Notes: a model not told the origin generated them from the letters alone. DNA of 64,000 nucleotides from Bacteroidales bacterium UBA4070 (GCA_002383485.1 DFYY01000012.1:101717-165716), one strand, 5' to 3'; positions 35,861 to 46,795 are shown, counted from the first letter of the stretch. Numbers and translations are program-made.

Positions 35861-36826
35861 ATGGCTTTATTCGGATTATTCAGGAAAGAGGAGAAGGAGA
35901 TTCTTGACCGCGGCCTGAGCAAGACGCGTGAAAGCGTTTTCTCGAGGCTCACCAGGGCTGTGGCCGGGAAATCGAAGATCGATGACGAGGTGCTTGACAA
36001 CCTTGAGGAGGTCCTCGTCTCCTCCGATGTAGGGGTTGAGACAACGCTGAGAATCATTGAGCGGGTCTCAAATCGTGTGGCTCGTGACAAGTATGTAAGC
36101 ACCTCTGAGCTCAATACACTATTGCGTGAGGAGATAGCCGGCCTTCTGGAGGAGAACAGCAGCACCCATGATGTTTCATCGGGATTTGATGCTCCGCTCC
36201 CCACCAAACCATATATAATTCTTGTTGTTGGTGTCAACGGTGTAGGTAAGACAACCACGATAGCCAAGCTGGCTTACAACTTCAGGCTGGCCGGGCGCAG
36301 CGTGCTCCTGGGGGCAGCTGACACCTTCCGTGCAGCAGCCATTGAACAGCTGAAGATATGGGCTGAGCGTGCCGGGGTGCCGATGGTCAGCCAGCAGATG
36401 GGCGCCGATCCTGCTTCCGTTGCCTATGACACAGTCAAATCAGCCGTTGCCGCCGGAACGGATATAGTAATCATAGACACCGCCGGCCGACTCCATAACA
36501 AGATCGGACTGATGAACGAGCTCTCCAAGATACGGAGGGTAATGGAGAAGGTCATTCCTTCAGCGCCTCATGAGGTCCTGCTCGTTCTTGACGGGTCAAC
36601 GGGGCAGAATGCGTTTGAACAGGCTAAGCAGTTCACTTCTGCCACCGAGGTCAATGCCCTGGCAATAACCAAGCTCGACGGCACTGCCAAGGGTGGCGTG
36701 GTAATAGGCATATCTGACCAGTTCAGGATACCTGTAAAATATATCGGGGTTGGCGAGAAGATGGAAGACCTCAGGATCTTCAACCGTTATGCTTTCGTTG
36801 ATTCACTCTTCAGTAACCGTAAATGA
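35861..36826 (+). CDS. ftsY: signal recognition particle-docking protein FtsY
   Basis: VGVNGVGKTTT, DTAGR, TKLDGTAKGG. Confidence 0.95.
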   Translation: MALFGLFRKEEKEILDRGLSKTRESVFSRLTRAVAGKSKIDDEVLDNLEEVLVSSDVGVETTLRIIERVSNRVARDKYVSTSELNTLLREEIAGLLEENSSTHDVSSGFDAPLPTKPYIILVVGVNGVGKTTTIAKLAYNFRLAGRSVLLGAADTFRAAAIEQLKIWAERAGVPMVSQQMGADPASVAYDTVKSAVAAGTDIVIIDTAGRLHNKIGLMNELSKIRRVMEKVIPSAPHEVLLVLDGSTGQNAFEQAKQFTSATEVNALAITKLDGTAKGGVVIGISDQFRIPVKYIGVGEKMEDLRIFNRYAFVDSLFSNRK

Positions 36827-38121
36827 GCAGGGGAAACAGGGTCAATATCGTCACCCTGGGCTGTTCCAAGAATACAGTCGATTCACAGAAGCTGATGCGT
36901 CAGCTTCTGGCTGGCGGATACAGGGTTGAGGCTGATTCGGCCGGTTTCGCCGATATTACAATCATAAATACGTGCGGATTCATCCATGATGCGAAGGAGG
37001 AGAGTGTTGACACCATCGTCAGGTATGCCGAAGCGATCCGCAGTGAGGGCCGGGGCAAGCTGTTTGTGATGGGATGCCTCGTGGAGAGATACCGGAACGA
37101 ACTGCAGGATGAACTGCCGGAGGTGGATGGATGGTTCGGTGTTAACCGGCCACAGGAGGTGATCTCCCGGCTTGGACTTGCTTACCGTCCGGAACTGAAT
37201 GGCGAGAGGATACTGACCGGCCCGGCCCACTACGCCTACCTTAAGGTATCTGAGGGTTGCGACCGCACCTGTGCTTTCTGTGCCATACCGGACATACGGG
37301 GCAGATATATTTCTGCGCCGCTGGACGAGCTGGCAGATGAAGCCCGGCTTCTGGCTGACCGCGGGGTGAAAGAGCTGATACTTATAGCGCAGGACCTGAC
37401 GCTGTACGGCACTGACCTGTATGGGCGGCAGATGCTGCCTGAACTTGTCAGGCGACTCTCTGATATTGAAAGTCTCGGCTGGATAAGACTTCACTATCTC
37501 TACCCCTCTGATTTCCCCATGGAAATACTGGAAATGATGCAGGATAACCCGAAGATATGCAGGTATATAGACCTGCCGATACAGCATATCTCTGACAGTG
37601 TGTTAAGGATAATGAGGCGCGAACATGACAGCACCTCCACACGGAAGCTTCTGTACGATGTCCGCCGCATGGTGCCTGACGCAGCCGTCCGGACAACAGT
37701 TATTGCGGGTCACCCGGGCGAGACTGACAAGGAGTTCCAGGAGCTGCTTGATTTCATCGGAGAGTACCGGTTCGACAGGCTGGGCGCTTTCCGCTACTCG
37801 CATGAGGAGAATACCCACGCCGCACTGAATTATGCGGATACTATCCCTGAAAAGATCAAGGAGAAAAGGGTTGCGAAGATAATGGAGCTGCAACAGGAGA
37901 TATCCGCTGCCAGAAATGCTGCGCTTGCGGGCAGCGTGATGAGAGTGATAGTAGACAGGAGGGAGGGGTTGTTCCTCGTGGGCCGGAGTCAGCACGACTC
38001 GCCCGAAGTTGACCAGGAGATCCTGATTACAGACGCTAAAAATATTGAACCCGGCACCTTCATTGATGTGAAAATAACCGGGTCCAGCGAGTTCGATCTG
38101 TATGCTGAGTTCAGGCAATAG
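36823..38121 (+). CDS. rimO: ribosomal protein S12 methylthiotransferase RimO
   Basis: MTTase N-domain (LGCSKN..DS), radical SAM motif CDRTCAFC, and a C-terminal TRAM domain. ATGA overlap with ftsY. Confidence 0.9.
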   Translation: MSRGNRVNIVTLGCSKNTVDSQKLMRQLLAGGYRVEADSAGFADITIINTCGFIHDAKEESVDTIVRYAEAIRSEGRGKLFVMGCLVERYRNELQDELPEVDGWFGVNRPQEVISRLGLAYRPELNGERILTGPAHYAYLKVSEGCDRTCAFCAIPDIRGRYISAPLDELADEARLLADRGVKELILIAQDLTLYGTDLYGRQMLPELVRRLSDIESLGWIRLHYLYPSDFPMEILEMMQDNPKICRYIDLPIQHISDSVLRIMRREHDSTSTRKLLYDVRRMVPDAAVRTTVIAGHPGETDKEFQELLDFIGEYRFDRLGAFRYSHEENTHAALNYADTIPEKIKEKRVAKIMELQQEISAARNAALAGSVMRVIVDRREGLFLVGRSQHDSPEVDQEILITDAKNIEPGTFIDVKITGSSEFDLYAEFRQ

Positions 38122-38242
38122 GCTCAGACAATAAGTAATAGGCAGTAGTGTTGACAAAAGATGCCGGTAGGGCATAAAAAATTGTAGAACAGCGGTATAG
38201 TTTTACCAGAGATCCTCGTAGAGGATCGAGAATTGTATAACC
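38119..38242 (+). repeat. composite intergenic element (copy X) immediately 3' of rimO
   Basis: TAGGC...AATAGGCAGTAGTGTTGACAA...GCCGGTAG... is followed by AATTGTAGAACAG, the hairpin GATCCTC-GTA-GAGGATC (38211-38227), and GAGAATTGTATAACC. Confidence 0.65.
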
Positions 38243-38273
38243 GTGTTACTCACATAACCCGGGGCGGGTGCGT

Positions 38274-38321
38274 GGGGTCCACATTTTACAATTCTTGTCG
38301 CTCTACGAGCGATTTCCAATG
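38274..38321 (-). repeat. 48-nt intergenic element with a GTA-loop hairpin (copy 2, inverted)
   Basis: The reverse complement is CATTGGAAATCGCTCGTAGAGCGACAAGAATTGTAAAATGTGGACCCC, 40/48 identical to 10170-10217. An ATGCATCCCCC word also occurs inverted at 38333-38343. Confidence 0.75.
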
Positions 38322-38362
38322 AATGACAAATCGGGGGATGCATCGTTTAACAACTGCCCGGC

Positions 38363-40924
38363 CTATTCTTCCGCCTGGTCCTCCGCCGCCGGTTCCTCCT
38401 CATCCTTCTTGCCAAGAACCCTGAAAGACAACTCCTCCTTGCCTTTGGAATAGCCTGCGCTGATTACTGCTCCTTCTGACACGGCAGTCTTTATAATCAC
38501 TTCTGCGAGGGGATCCTCAAGGTACTTCTGGATGGCCCTCTTGAGGGGTCTTGCCCCGTACTGAACGTCGAAACCGCGGTCTGCCATGAAGTCGCGCGCC
38601 TGTGCACTGAGCCTGATCTTGTATCCAAGAGCTGATATCCTGTCAAACAGACCCTTCAGTTCGATGTCAATGATCTTGTCAATATCCTCCCTTGTAAGCT
38701 GGTTGAACATGATCACATCATCAATCCTGTTCAGGAACTCAGGTGCGAATGTCTTCTGCAGGGCTTTCTGCAAAATACTCTTATTCTGCTCGTTACGGGT
38801 AACCCTCTTTGTCGAGGTCTCGAAACCGACACCTGAACCGAACTCGGTGAGCTGGCGGGTGCCGATATTGGATGTCATTATAACTATTGTATTACGGAAG
38901 TCGACCCTGCGACCCAGGCTGTCCGTTAACTGACCTTCGTCAAGCACCTGCAGAAGGATATGGAACACATCCGGATGTGCTTTCTCAATCTCGTCGAGCA
39001 GCACCACTGAGTAGGGTTTACGGCGTACCTTCTCGGTAAGTTGTCCGCCCTCCTCGTAACCGACGTATCCGGGAGGCGCCCCGACAAGGCGCGATACGGA
39101 GAACTTCTCCATATACTCACTCATGTCAACCCTGATAAGGTTGTCAGTGGTATCAAAGAGGAATTTTGCAAGCACCTTTGCCAGCTGCGTCTTGCCCACG
39201 CCGGTGGGACCGAGGAATATAAATGTGCCTATCGGCTTGTTCGGATCCTTCAGTCCGGCCCTGTTACGCTGTATTGACTTGACTATCTTGGCAATAGCCT
39301 CATCCTGCCCGACTATGCTGGTTTTCAGTTCCTCTGCCATCTGAAGCAGTCGGGTCCCCTCGGTCTGTGCTATTCTCTGCACGGGGACCCCCGTCATCAT
39401 TGCAACAACCTCGGCAACCTTTTCTGCGTCTACCACCTCGCGATTTTGAGCAAGTTCCTTTTCCCATCGCTTCTTTTCAGCTTCTATCAGGTCAAGAATG
39501 TCACGCTCTTTGTCGCGGAAGCTGGCGGCACGCTCGTAGTTCTGGTTCTTGACGGCGCTGCTCTTTTCCTTCTTGGTATCCTCGAGCTGTTTCTCCAGGG
39601 CCAGTATCTTTTCCGGGACCACTATGTTGGATATATGTACCCTTGACCCCGCTTCGTCAAGCGCGTCGATGGCCTTGTCAGGCAGGTTCCTGTCGCTTAT
39701 GTACCTGTTGGTCAGCTTCACGCAAGCCTCTATGGCATCGGGGGTATAGCTTACGTTATGGTGTTCCTCGTAGCGCTCCTTGATATTGTTGAGGATGTCA
39801 ATAGTCTCATCGATGGAGGTCGGATCAACAAGTACCTTCTGAAACCTGCGTTCAAGTGCGCCGTCCTTTTCAATATGCTGTCGGTACTCATCCAGGGTGG
39901 TGGCGCCGATGCACTGAATCTCGCCCCTGGCCAGAGCCGGCTTGAGCATATTGGCGGCATCGAGTGAGCCGCTGGCTCCGCCCGCACCTACAATCGTATG
40001 TATTTCGTCAATGAAGAGGATAATATTGTCATTCTTGGCCAGCTCATTGAGGATGGCTTTCATCCTCTCCTCGAACTGTCCCCGGTATTTCGTGCCCGCG
40101 ACGATGGATGCCAGGTCAAGTGCAACAACACGCTTGTTGAAGAGCACCCTGGAGACATTTCTCTTGGTGATACGCAGCGCGAGGCCTTCGGCAATGGCTG
40201 ACTTGCCTACTCCGGGTTCGCCAATCAGGACCGGGTTGTTTTTCTTGCGCCGCGACAGTATCTGTGCCAGCCTTTCTATCTCGCGCTCCCTGCCAACCAC
40301 CGGGTCAAGCCTGCCTTCCTCGGCAGCCTTGGTAAGGTCAATGCCGAAGTTATCAAGCACAGGGGTCTCCGATGAGCTTCGCTGGGCCTGCTGGCCTCCC
40401 TGCTGCGGCCTGTTGGGACCTGGATTGGAAAACATACCCTCATCATCCTCATCACGGGGAAAATCTGCCTGTGCGGCAGGATTGCCCGCTTCGACTGCCT
40501 TTTTGACAAGACTGTAATCAATGTCAAGTTCAGTAAGGAACCGGGTTACCAGGTTGCTCTCGTCCCTGAGTATGGCCATAAGCAGATGCTCGGTGTCTAT
40601 CACCCTCGTTTTCATCGCCTTGGCTTCGATATGAACCAGCCTGAGCACCCGTTCGGTGCTCTTGAGAAGAGGCAGTATGTCATTGTCTGCCATTGCGATC
40701 GGCTTATCGGCCTTGATGCTCTTTTCAATTGATCCCTTCAGCATAAGGAGGTCTACACCGTTGTTTAGCAGTATATCTACAGCAACCCCTTCGCCCTCGC
40801 GAAGAATTCCCAGAAAAAGGTGTTCAGGGCTGATATGGCTGTTGCCAAGCCTGATCGCTTCCTCCTTGCTGTAACCGAGGATATCATTGACTCTCTGTGA
40901 GAAATGTGCGTCCATCATATTCAT
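38363..40924 (-). CDS. clpC: ATP-dependent Clp protease ATP-binding subunit ClpC-type (AAA+ class I)
   Basis: Two Clp_N repeats, two Walker A motifs (GEPGVGKSA and GPTGVGKT), a UVR-like linker (NYERAASFRDKE), and a GVGF loop. Confidence 0.9.
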   Translation of the reverse strand: MNMMDAHFSQRVNDILGYSKEEAIRLGNSHISPEHLFLGILREGEGVAVDILLNNGVDLLMLKGSIEKSIKADKPIAMADNDILPLLKSTERVLRLVHIEAKAMKTRVIDTEHLLMAILRDESNLVTRFLTELDIDYSLVKKAVEAGNPAAQADFPRDEDDEGMFSNPGPNRPQQGGQQAQRSSSETPVLDNFGIDLTKAAEEGRLDPVVGREREIERLAQILSRRKKNNPVLIGEPGVGKSAIAEGLALRITKRNVSRVLFNKRVVALDLASIVAGTKYRGQFEERMKAILNELAKNDNIILFIDEIHTIVGAGGASGSLDAANMLKPALARGEIQCIGATTLDEYRQHIEKDGALERRFQKVLVDPTSIDETIDILNNIKERYEEHHNVSYTPDAIEACVKLTNRYISDRNLPDKAIDALDEAGSRVHISNIVVPEKILALEKQLEDTKKEKSSAVKNQNYERAASFRDKERDILDLIEAEKKRWEKELAQNREVVDAEKVAEVVAMMTGVPVQRIAQTEGTRLLQMAEELKTSIVGQDEAIAKIVKSIQRNRAGLKDPNKPIGTFIFLGPTGVGKTQLAKVLAKFLFDTTDNLIRVDMSEYMEKFSVSRLVGAPPGYVGYEEGGQLTEKVRRKPYSVVLLDEIEKAHPDVFHILLQVLDEGQLTDSLGRRVDFRNTIVIMTSNIGTRQLTEFGSGVGFETSTKRVTRNEQNKSILQKALQKTFAPEFLNRIDDVIMFNQLTREDIDKIIDIELKGLFDRISALGYKIRLSAQARDFMADRGFDVQYGARPLKRAIQKYLEDPLAEVIIKTAVSEGAVISAGYSKGKEELSFRVLGKKDEEEPAAEDQAEE

Positions 40925-41158
40925 TTTGCGGATTTCATGTAAATATGTCAGTTAAGCTGACATAAATACATAAAACGCCAGATTTCAAAGTTAATTCTAT
41001 TGTAGATAAGAGAAAGCAAGAATTGTGCCCAATTTTTAACATTGAATGTTAACAAATAGAGGCAGGAAAAGGTTAAAAAACCGGCCTTTTTGATTATTTT
41101 CGGGGATTAATTTCAGGAATTGCTAACATAAATATAACACATTAATTTTCAATCTGAT

Positions 41159-43657
41159 ATGTCAGATCAAGCAAAAATAATCAAAGTCAATATTGAGGAG
41201 GAGATGAAGTCAGCCTACATCGATTATTCGATGTCGGTCATTGTGTCAAGGGCATTACCCGATGTGCGTGACGGTCTGAAGCCGGTGCACAGGAGGGTAC
41301 TCTTCGGTATGTCAGAGCTTGGAGTGCTCTCAAACAGGGCTTATAAGAAATCAGCAAGGATAGTAGGGGAGGTGCTTGGTAAATATCATCCTCACGGTGA
41401 TTCATCAGTTTATGACGCCATGGTGCGCATGGCCCAGGAATGGTCATTGCGCTATCCGCTCGTTGACGGGCAGGGCAACTTCGGATCAATTGACGGTGAC
41501 AGTCCTGCCGCAATGCGGTACACAGAGGCTAAGCTTAAACGCATTGCAGAAGAGACTCTGTCAGACATAGAAAAGGGGACTGTTGATTTTCAGCCCAACT
41601 TCGATGATACGCTGCAGGAGCCGACGGTGCTTCCGACAAGAATCCCGACACTCCTCGTAAACGGCGCCTCAGGTATTGCCGTAGGGATGGCCACCAACAT
41701 GCCACCCCACAACCTCTCCGAATCGGTTGATGCAATCATTGCATACATCGAGGACCCGGAGATAACAGTTGAAGGTCTGATGCATCACATCAAGGGACCT
41801 GATTTCCCCACCGGAGGTATAATATATGGTGAACAGGGGATCAGGGAAGCCTTTGAAACCGGCAGGGGCAGGATTATTGTCAGGGCAAGGACAGAGGTTG
41901 AACTGACACACTCCGGAAGAGAGTGCATCGTGGTCACCGAGATTCCCTACATGGTGAACAAGGCTGAGATGATCAAGAGGATAGCCGATCTGATCAATGA
42001 AAAGAAGCTGGAAGGCATATCCTACATCAATGACGAATCCGACAGGAACGGGATGCGCGTGGTCATCATCCTCAAGAAGGAGATGCCCGCAAACATCATC
42101 CTGAACCACCTTTACAAGCACTCCCAACTGCAGACATCATTCAACGTCAATAACATCGCACTTGTAAAAGGTCGGCCCAAAACACTCTCACTCAAGGAGA
42201 TCATTGACAGCTTCGTCAAACACAGGCATGAGATTATCGTGCGCAGGGCGAAGTTTGATCTTGACCAGGCAGAGAAGAGGGCTCACATACTCGAAGGACT
42301 TATAATTGCAAGCGATAACATCGATGAGGTAATTGCCATAATCAGGTCCTCACCCAACGCCGATGTGGCAAGGGAGCGGCTGATTGAGCGGTTCAGCCTT
42401 TCCGACCTCCAGGCCAGGGCCATTGTGGAGATGCGCCTGAGGCAACTGACAGGACTCGAGCAGGATAAGCTGCACGCTGAATATGAGGAGGTCATGAAGC
42501 TCATCGAATACCTGAAGAACGTCCTGTCTGATGAGAAGCTGCAGATGCAGATCATCAAGGATGAGCTCCTTGAGATAAAGGAAAAATTCGGCGACAAGAG
42601 GCGCACGGAGATAATTCCCGCTGCCGGCGAGTTCAACCCGGAAGATTTCTATGCCGATGATGAGATGGTGATCACAATATCACACATGGGTTATATCAAG
42701 CGTACGCCTCTGACCGAGTTCCGCCGCCAGAACAGGGGTGGGACAGGAGCAAGGGGCGGTTCCACCAGGGAAGAGGATTTCATTGAGCATCTCTATATTG
42801 CAACAATGCATAACACAATGCTCTTCTTCACAAGGAACGGTAAAGTCTACTGGCAGAAGGTCTATGATCTTCCCGAAGGTACAAGAACCAGCAAGGGGAG
42901 AGCGATGCAAAACCTCATAAATATTGAGCCGAACGATAACGTAATGGCCTTCATTAATGTGAAAACGCTTGATGATAAGGAGTATATAAATAATAATTTC
43001 ATTGTGCTCTGCACCCGGAAAGGAGTTATCAAGAAGACCTCTCTTGAATCGTACTCAAGGCCCAGGGCCAACGGCATCAACGCCATTACAGTAAGGGAAG
43101 GTGATGAACTGCTGGAGGCCAGAATGACCAACGGCAGCCATGAGATCATGCTGGCAGTCAGGTCAGGCCGTGCCGTCAGATTCAATGAAAAAACGGTGAG
43201 ACCGATGGGTCGTACAGCATCAGGCGTACGCGGTATTACACTTACGGGAGAAGATGATGAGGTGATCGGAATGATAACCGTCGAAAATGAATCGGCCGAT
43301 GTGCTCGTCGTCTCCGAAAACGGTTACGGCAAGAGATCATCAATAGGCGACTACCGCATAACAAACCGCGGCGGAAAGGGAGTAAAGACAATCAACATCA
43401 CTGACAAGACCGGGAAACTGATCGCTCTCAAGGATGTGAATGACCAGTATGACCTGATGATAATTACCCAGGCAGGAAATATTTTGAGGATTCCCGTGAG
43501 CGCCCTGAGGGTAATGGGAAGAGCCACCCAGGGTGTCAGACTGATAAATCTCAGAGAAAATGACTCGATTGCTTCAGTGGCTTATGTTGAAGTAAATGAG
43601 GAGGATACATTTACAGAAACCGGTTCGGAGGAACAGTCGGAGGAGAGTGCTGAGTAA
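41159..43657 (+). CDS. gyrA: DNA gyrase subunit A
   Basis: [31 protein letters not shown] with the catalytic Tyr, and C-terminal beta-pinwheel repeats. Confidence 0.97.
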   Translation: MSDQAKIIKVNIEEEMKSAYIDYSMSVIVSRALPDVRDGLKPVHRRVLFGMSELGVLSNRAYKKSARIVGEVLGKYHPHGDSSVYDAMVRMAQEWSLRYPLVDGQGNFGSIDGDSPAAMRYTEAKLKRIAEETLSDIEKGTVDFQPNFDDTLQEPTVLPTRIPTLLVNGASGIAVGMATNMPPHNLSESVDAIIAYIEDPEITVEGLMHHIKGPDFPTGGIIYGEQGIREAFETGRGRIIVRARTEVELTHSGRECIVVTEIPYMVNKAEMIKRIADLINEKKLEGISYINDESDRNGMRVVIILKKEMPANIILNHLYKHSQLQTSFNVNNIALVKGRPKTLSLKEIIDSFVKHRHEIIVRRAKFDLDQAEKRAHILEGLIIASDNIDEVIAIIRSSPNADVARERLIERFSLSDLQARAIVEMRLRQLTGLEQDKLHAEYEEVMKLIEYLKNVLSDEKLQMQIIKDELLEIKEKFGDKRRTEIIPAAGEFNPEDFYADDEMVITISHMGYIKRTPLTEFRRQNRGGTGARGGSTREEDFIEHLYIATMHNTMLFFTRNGKVYWQKVYDLPEGTRTSKGRAMQNLINIEPNDNVMAFINVKTLDDKEYINNNFIVLCTRKGVIKKTSLESYSRPRANGINAITVREGDELLEARMTNGSHEIMLAVRSGRAVRFNEKTVRPMGRTASGVRGITLTGEDDEVIGMITVENESADVLVVSENGYGKRSSIGDYRITNRGGKGVKTINITDKTGKLIALKDVNDQYDLMIITQAGNILRIPVSALRVMGRATQGVRLINLRENDSIASVAYVEVNEEDTFTETGSEEQSEESAE

Positions 43658-43731
43658 TTTGGCAAATTATTTGAAGAATAGATACTAAATTTTTATTTTT
43701 GAAACAACATTAAAAAGCAAATTATCCAGAC

Positions 43732-44877
43732 ATGAAGAAGATCACACTCTTATTACTGGCAGTAATTATCTCCGCCGCTTCAGTGGCACAGAAGGGGAAA
43801 ATTACCGCTGCAGAAACATTCATCAGGGAAGGTGCTTTCGACAAGGCCAAGGAAGCCATCGAGGCTGCAATAGTTCACCCCAAGTCAATGGGCCTTGCAA
43901 AGACCTATTATGTAAAGGGAAAACTCTGCCAGGCTGCATTTGATTCGGGTGACCCCAAATTCATCGCACTCTATCCTGACATTCTGATGGAAGCCTACAA
44001 CAACTTTGAAAAGGCTGTACAGATTGATCCCAAGCTGAAGAATACAATTATTCGTGACAATGCTTACGCTCTCCTGGGCAACTCATTCCTGAACGACGCC
44101 ATCGCGAAATTCAATGACAAGAACTTCAAGGGAGCAATGGAGTCATTTGAAAGAAACGTTAAGGTTGCCGGCAGCGAACTGTACGTCGGGATGGTTGACA
44201 CACTTGTGATCTTCAATGCCGGCCTTGCTGCCTACAACGCGGAGATGTATCCTGAGGCAATCATACATTTCCGTACCTGCACCACGTCAGGCACAGAGGA
44301 CACCAAACCTTACATCTTCATGAGCGACAGTTACCTGAAGATGAAGGATACCGTGAACGCCGAGGCAGTGCTGATGGAAGGCTACAAGGCATATCCTGAC
44401 ACACTGGATATCATACTGCAGGCTACCCAGTTCTATCTGGATGCAAACAATTCGGAAAAAGCGTTTGAATTCGTACATAAAGCCATGGAGAAGGATCCAG
44501 AGAACCATATTCTCTATCTTGTCGAGGGAAGCCTTCACATGAAACTCGAGGATTATCAGAAGGCTATCGAGAGCCTGAAGACATCGCTTACCAAGAATCC
44601 CACACAGTTCGAAAGCAACTACAATATCGGTCTCTGCTACGTTTCAATAGCAAATGAGATGCTCAATGAGGCCAACATGATTGCTGACAACAAGCAGTAT
44701 GAGATTGCAAAAGACAAGGCATACGAGGAGATGAAGAAGGCCGTTCCATATTTCCTGGAGGCAGAAAAGGCAAACCCGACTTCTGTAGCCACCCTGGAAT
44801 TCCTTCGCGAGATCTACCTTAAGCTCAAGATGATGCCCGAGTTTGAGGCATACAAGACAAAGGTTGAGAATCTGTAA
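43732..44877 (+). CDS. TPR-repeat lipoprotein/secreted protein
   Basis: Signal peptide followed by repeated A..Y...A....P...-type TPR-like helices. Confidence 0.65.
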   Translation: MKKITLLLLAVIISAASVAQKGKITAAETFIREGAFDKAKEAIEAAIVHPKSMGLAKTYYVKGKLCQAAFDSGDPKFIALYPDILMEAYNNFEKAVQIDPKLKNTIIRDNAYALLGNSFLNDAIAKFNDKNFKGAMESFERNVKVAGSELYVGMVDTLVIFNAGLAAYNAEMYPEAIIHFRTCTTSGTEDTKPYIFMSDSYLKMKDTVNAEAVLMEGYKAYPDTLDIILQATQFYLDANNSEKAFEFVHKAMEKDPENHILYLVEGSLHMKLEDYQKAIESLKTSLTKNPTQFESNYNIGLCYVSIANEMLNEANMIADNKQYEIAKDKAYEEMKKAVPYFLEAEKANPTSVATLEFLREIYLKLKMMPEFEAYKTKVENL

Positions 44878-44902
44878 GCTTTCAACGGAATAAATATAAA
44901 AG

Positions 44903-44927
44903 GCACCCGCAAAGGTGCTTTTTTTTT
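44903..44927 (+). terminator. rho-independent terminator
   Basis: GCACC-CGCAAA-GGTGC followed by T9. Confidence 0.65.
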
Positions 44928-45326
44928 GTCCGGTGCCACGAAGGAGCAGGGGACAGACGCTTGCAGAAGCAACATGAAAATCTAGCTGGTTATGTGATTG
45001 CCTGATGTTCTATTTAACATAATATTAATTATAGGCAATCATGGATATTTGAATCCATTACCGCAAAACCGCATTACTTCTTTGTGTTCCTCATGTCGAA
45101 GGCCGGAATGTATCCGTTAAAGTGGCCAGCGACCTTAATAAACAATTGGTCATAAAAATTGTTCCCGGTCTATACTATTAAATTACCTTCACATTCCAGC
45201 ACCACTCTGCCATAGCAAGCGGATAATTTTTGTAGCTTTACAGGTATCCCAGATATATATTCAATATATTGATATACTGCTTATTAAATAGATAAGATAT
45301 TCTTAACCGAAGAACATTACAAGGCC

Positions 45327-45995
45327 ATGATAAGCATTGATCCTTCAACCCTGAAATTTCTCTCAGACCTGCGCCGGCACAATGACCGGACCTGGTTTGC
45401 GGAGAACCGTACCCGATACGAGGCTGCACGCGACAATTACTCCCGGTTCGTGCAGGCTGTCATAGATGAGATTGTCAGATTTGATCCTATCCTTAAAGGC
45501 CTCGAAGCCAAAAGCTCCATCTTCAGAATAAACCGTGACATAAGGTTCACCCACGATAAAACCATATACAAGACGAATTTCGGCGCTTTCATGGTACGTG
45601 GCGGCAGGAAGAACAGCGACAGGTTTCCGGGCTACTACCTGCACATTGAACCGGGACAATCCTTTATCTCGGGCGGAGCATACGTACCTCCGGCTCCATG
45701 GCTGAATGCCATACGGGAGAATATTGCGGAGAACGGCGACAGGCTCGTGAAAATTATCAACAACAGGGAGTACAGAAAATATTTCAATGGCCTCGGAGGC
45801 GAAAAACTGAAACTGCCACCCCGTGGCTATGCAAAGGATCATCCGCACATTGAGCTTATCAAGATGAAAAGTTTTCTTCCAGAGAGGTCTCTGAGTGATG
45901 ATGAGGTTACAGCACCCGATTTCTTTGAGACAGTCACCGGTGCCTTCAGGGCGATGAAGCCGGTAATCGACTTCCTGACTGTTGACAGGCATTGA
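45327..45995 (+). CDS. DUF2461 (TIGR02453) family protein
   Basis: FLSDLRRHNDRTWFAENRTRYE...IFRINRDIRF..DK..YK.... Confidence 0.8.
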   Translation: MISIDPSTLKFLSDLRRHNDRTWFAENRTRYEAARDNYSRFVQAVIDEIVRFDPILKGLEAKSSIFRINRDIRFTHDKTIYKTNFGAFMVRGGRKNSDRFPGYYLHIEPGQSFISGGAYVPPAPWLNAIRENIAENGDRLVKIINNREYRKYFNGLGGEKLKLPPRGYAKDHPHIELIKMKSFLPERSLSDDEVTAPDFFETVTGAFRAMKPVIDFLTVDRH

Positions 45996-46041
45996 CAGGG
46001 ATTTTTCCGGACGACGGCACTGTATACTTGACCCACCCGGA

Positions 46042-46158
46042 CCGCCTGAGAGTTTCCGGAAACCCCTCCGGCTGAGGAAGAATTGCCGGATACCACTTCG
46101 GCTGCCGAAGAATTGCCGGACATCCCCAGACTGAGAAAGAGCTGCCGAACAACAATCC
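46042..46158. repeat. degenerate tandem repeat of about 30 bp, four units
   Basis: The best two units are CGGCTGAGGAAGAATTGCCGGATACCACTT (46069-46098) and CGGCTGCCGAAGAATTGCCGGACATCCCCA (46099-46128). The flanking units are more diverged. Confidence 0.7.
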
Positions 46159-46239
46159 TGACCGGCTCCACATTTTGCAGTACCATGTGCAGGAATGCTA
46201 AAAAACATTATCTTTCGCTAAATATTAAGAAAACGTAAA

Positions 46240-46773
46240 ATGAAAAAACTGCTTTTCACTCTTCTCCTGGCAGCACTTATACTGCCATTTGCTGCTGCAC
46301 AGGGCAAACTCGAGGTCGGACAGAAAGCTCCTGAATGGGTTCTGACTGACGCTTCCAGGCAGGAATTCACAATGAATTCATGGCCTGGCAAGGTGCTGCA
46401 GATAAACTACGTGGATCCTGACAATGACGACCTGAACGATCCGTTCAATGACGCCATCGACAAGGCTGTTGATATCGACAAGATCATCGACAAGAACGCA
46501 TTCAAGGGTTTCGGGATCGTTGACCTGCAGTCGACCAAGCTGCCTGACGGGTTGGTACGCGCCATCGCAGGCAGGAAGGCAAAAAAGTATGATACTACCA
46601 TACTGTTTGATTACATGGGACTTCTGCATGAAAAATGGGGAATGCCGATGGACAGTTATACGATTGTTATAGTGGACAAGAACCGCATAGTCCGCGGTGT
46701 ATATAAGGGCAAGATTGCCGACGGTGACATCCCTGGCATTATTGAGATGATAACCAAACTTACAAAGGAATAG
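46240..46773 (+). CDS. periplasmic thioredoxin-fold protein, YtfJ-like
   Basis: Signal peptide, then G.KAPEW.L.D....F...SW.GKV..INYVDP, with no CxxC motif. Confidence 0.5.
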   Translation: MKKLLFTLLLAALILPFAAAQGKLEVGQKAPEWVLTDASRQEFTMNSWPGKVLQINYVDPDNDDLNDPFNDAIDKAVDIDKIIDKNAFKGFGIVDLQSTKLPDGLVRAIAGRKAKKYDTTILFDYMGLLHEKWGMPMDSYTIVIVDKNRIVRGVYKGKIADGDIPGIIEMITKLTKE

Positions 46774-46795
46774 ACACTGACAAACAGACCATTAT

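Noticed and set aside
36883-37587. Long antisense ORFs inside rimO. Similar ones occur in clpC (39942-40517), the DUF1080 gene (25910-26554), pyrD (58686-59393), dnaE2 (53796-54347) and the DUF2461 gene (45363-46208).
   Set aside because: All fully overlap genes with clear family motifs on the other strand, and none carries a motif of its own. I treat them as shadow ORFs.
46042-46158. Possible CRISPR array.
   Set aside because: The units are contiguous without spacers, degenerate, and only four in number. No cas genes are present in the window.
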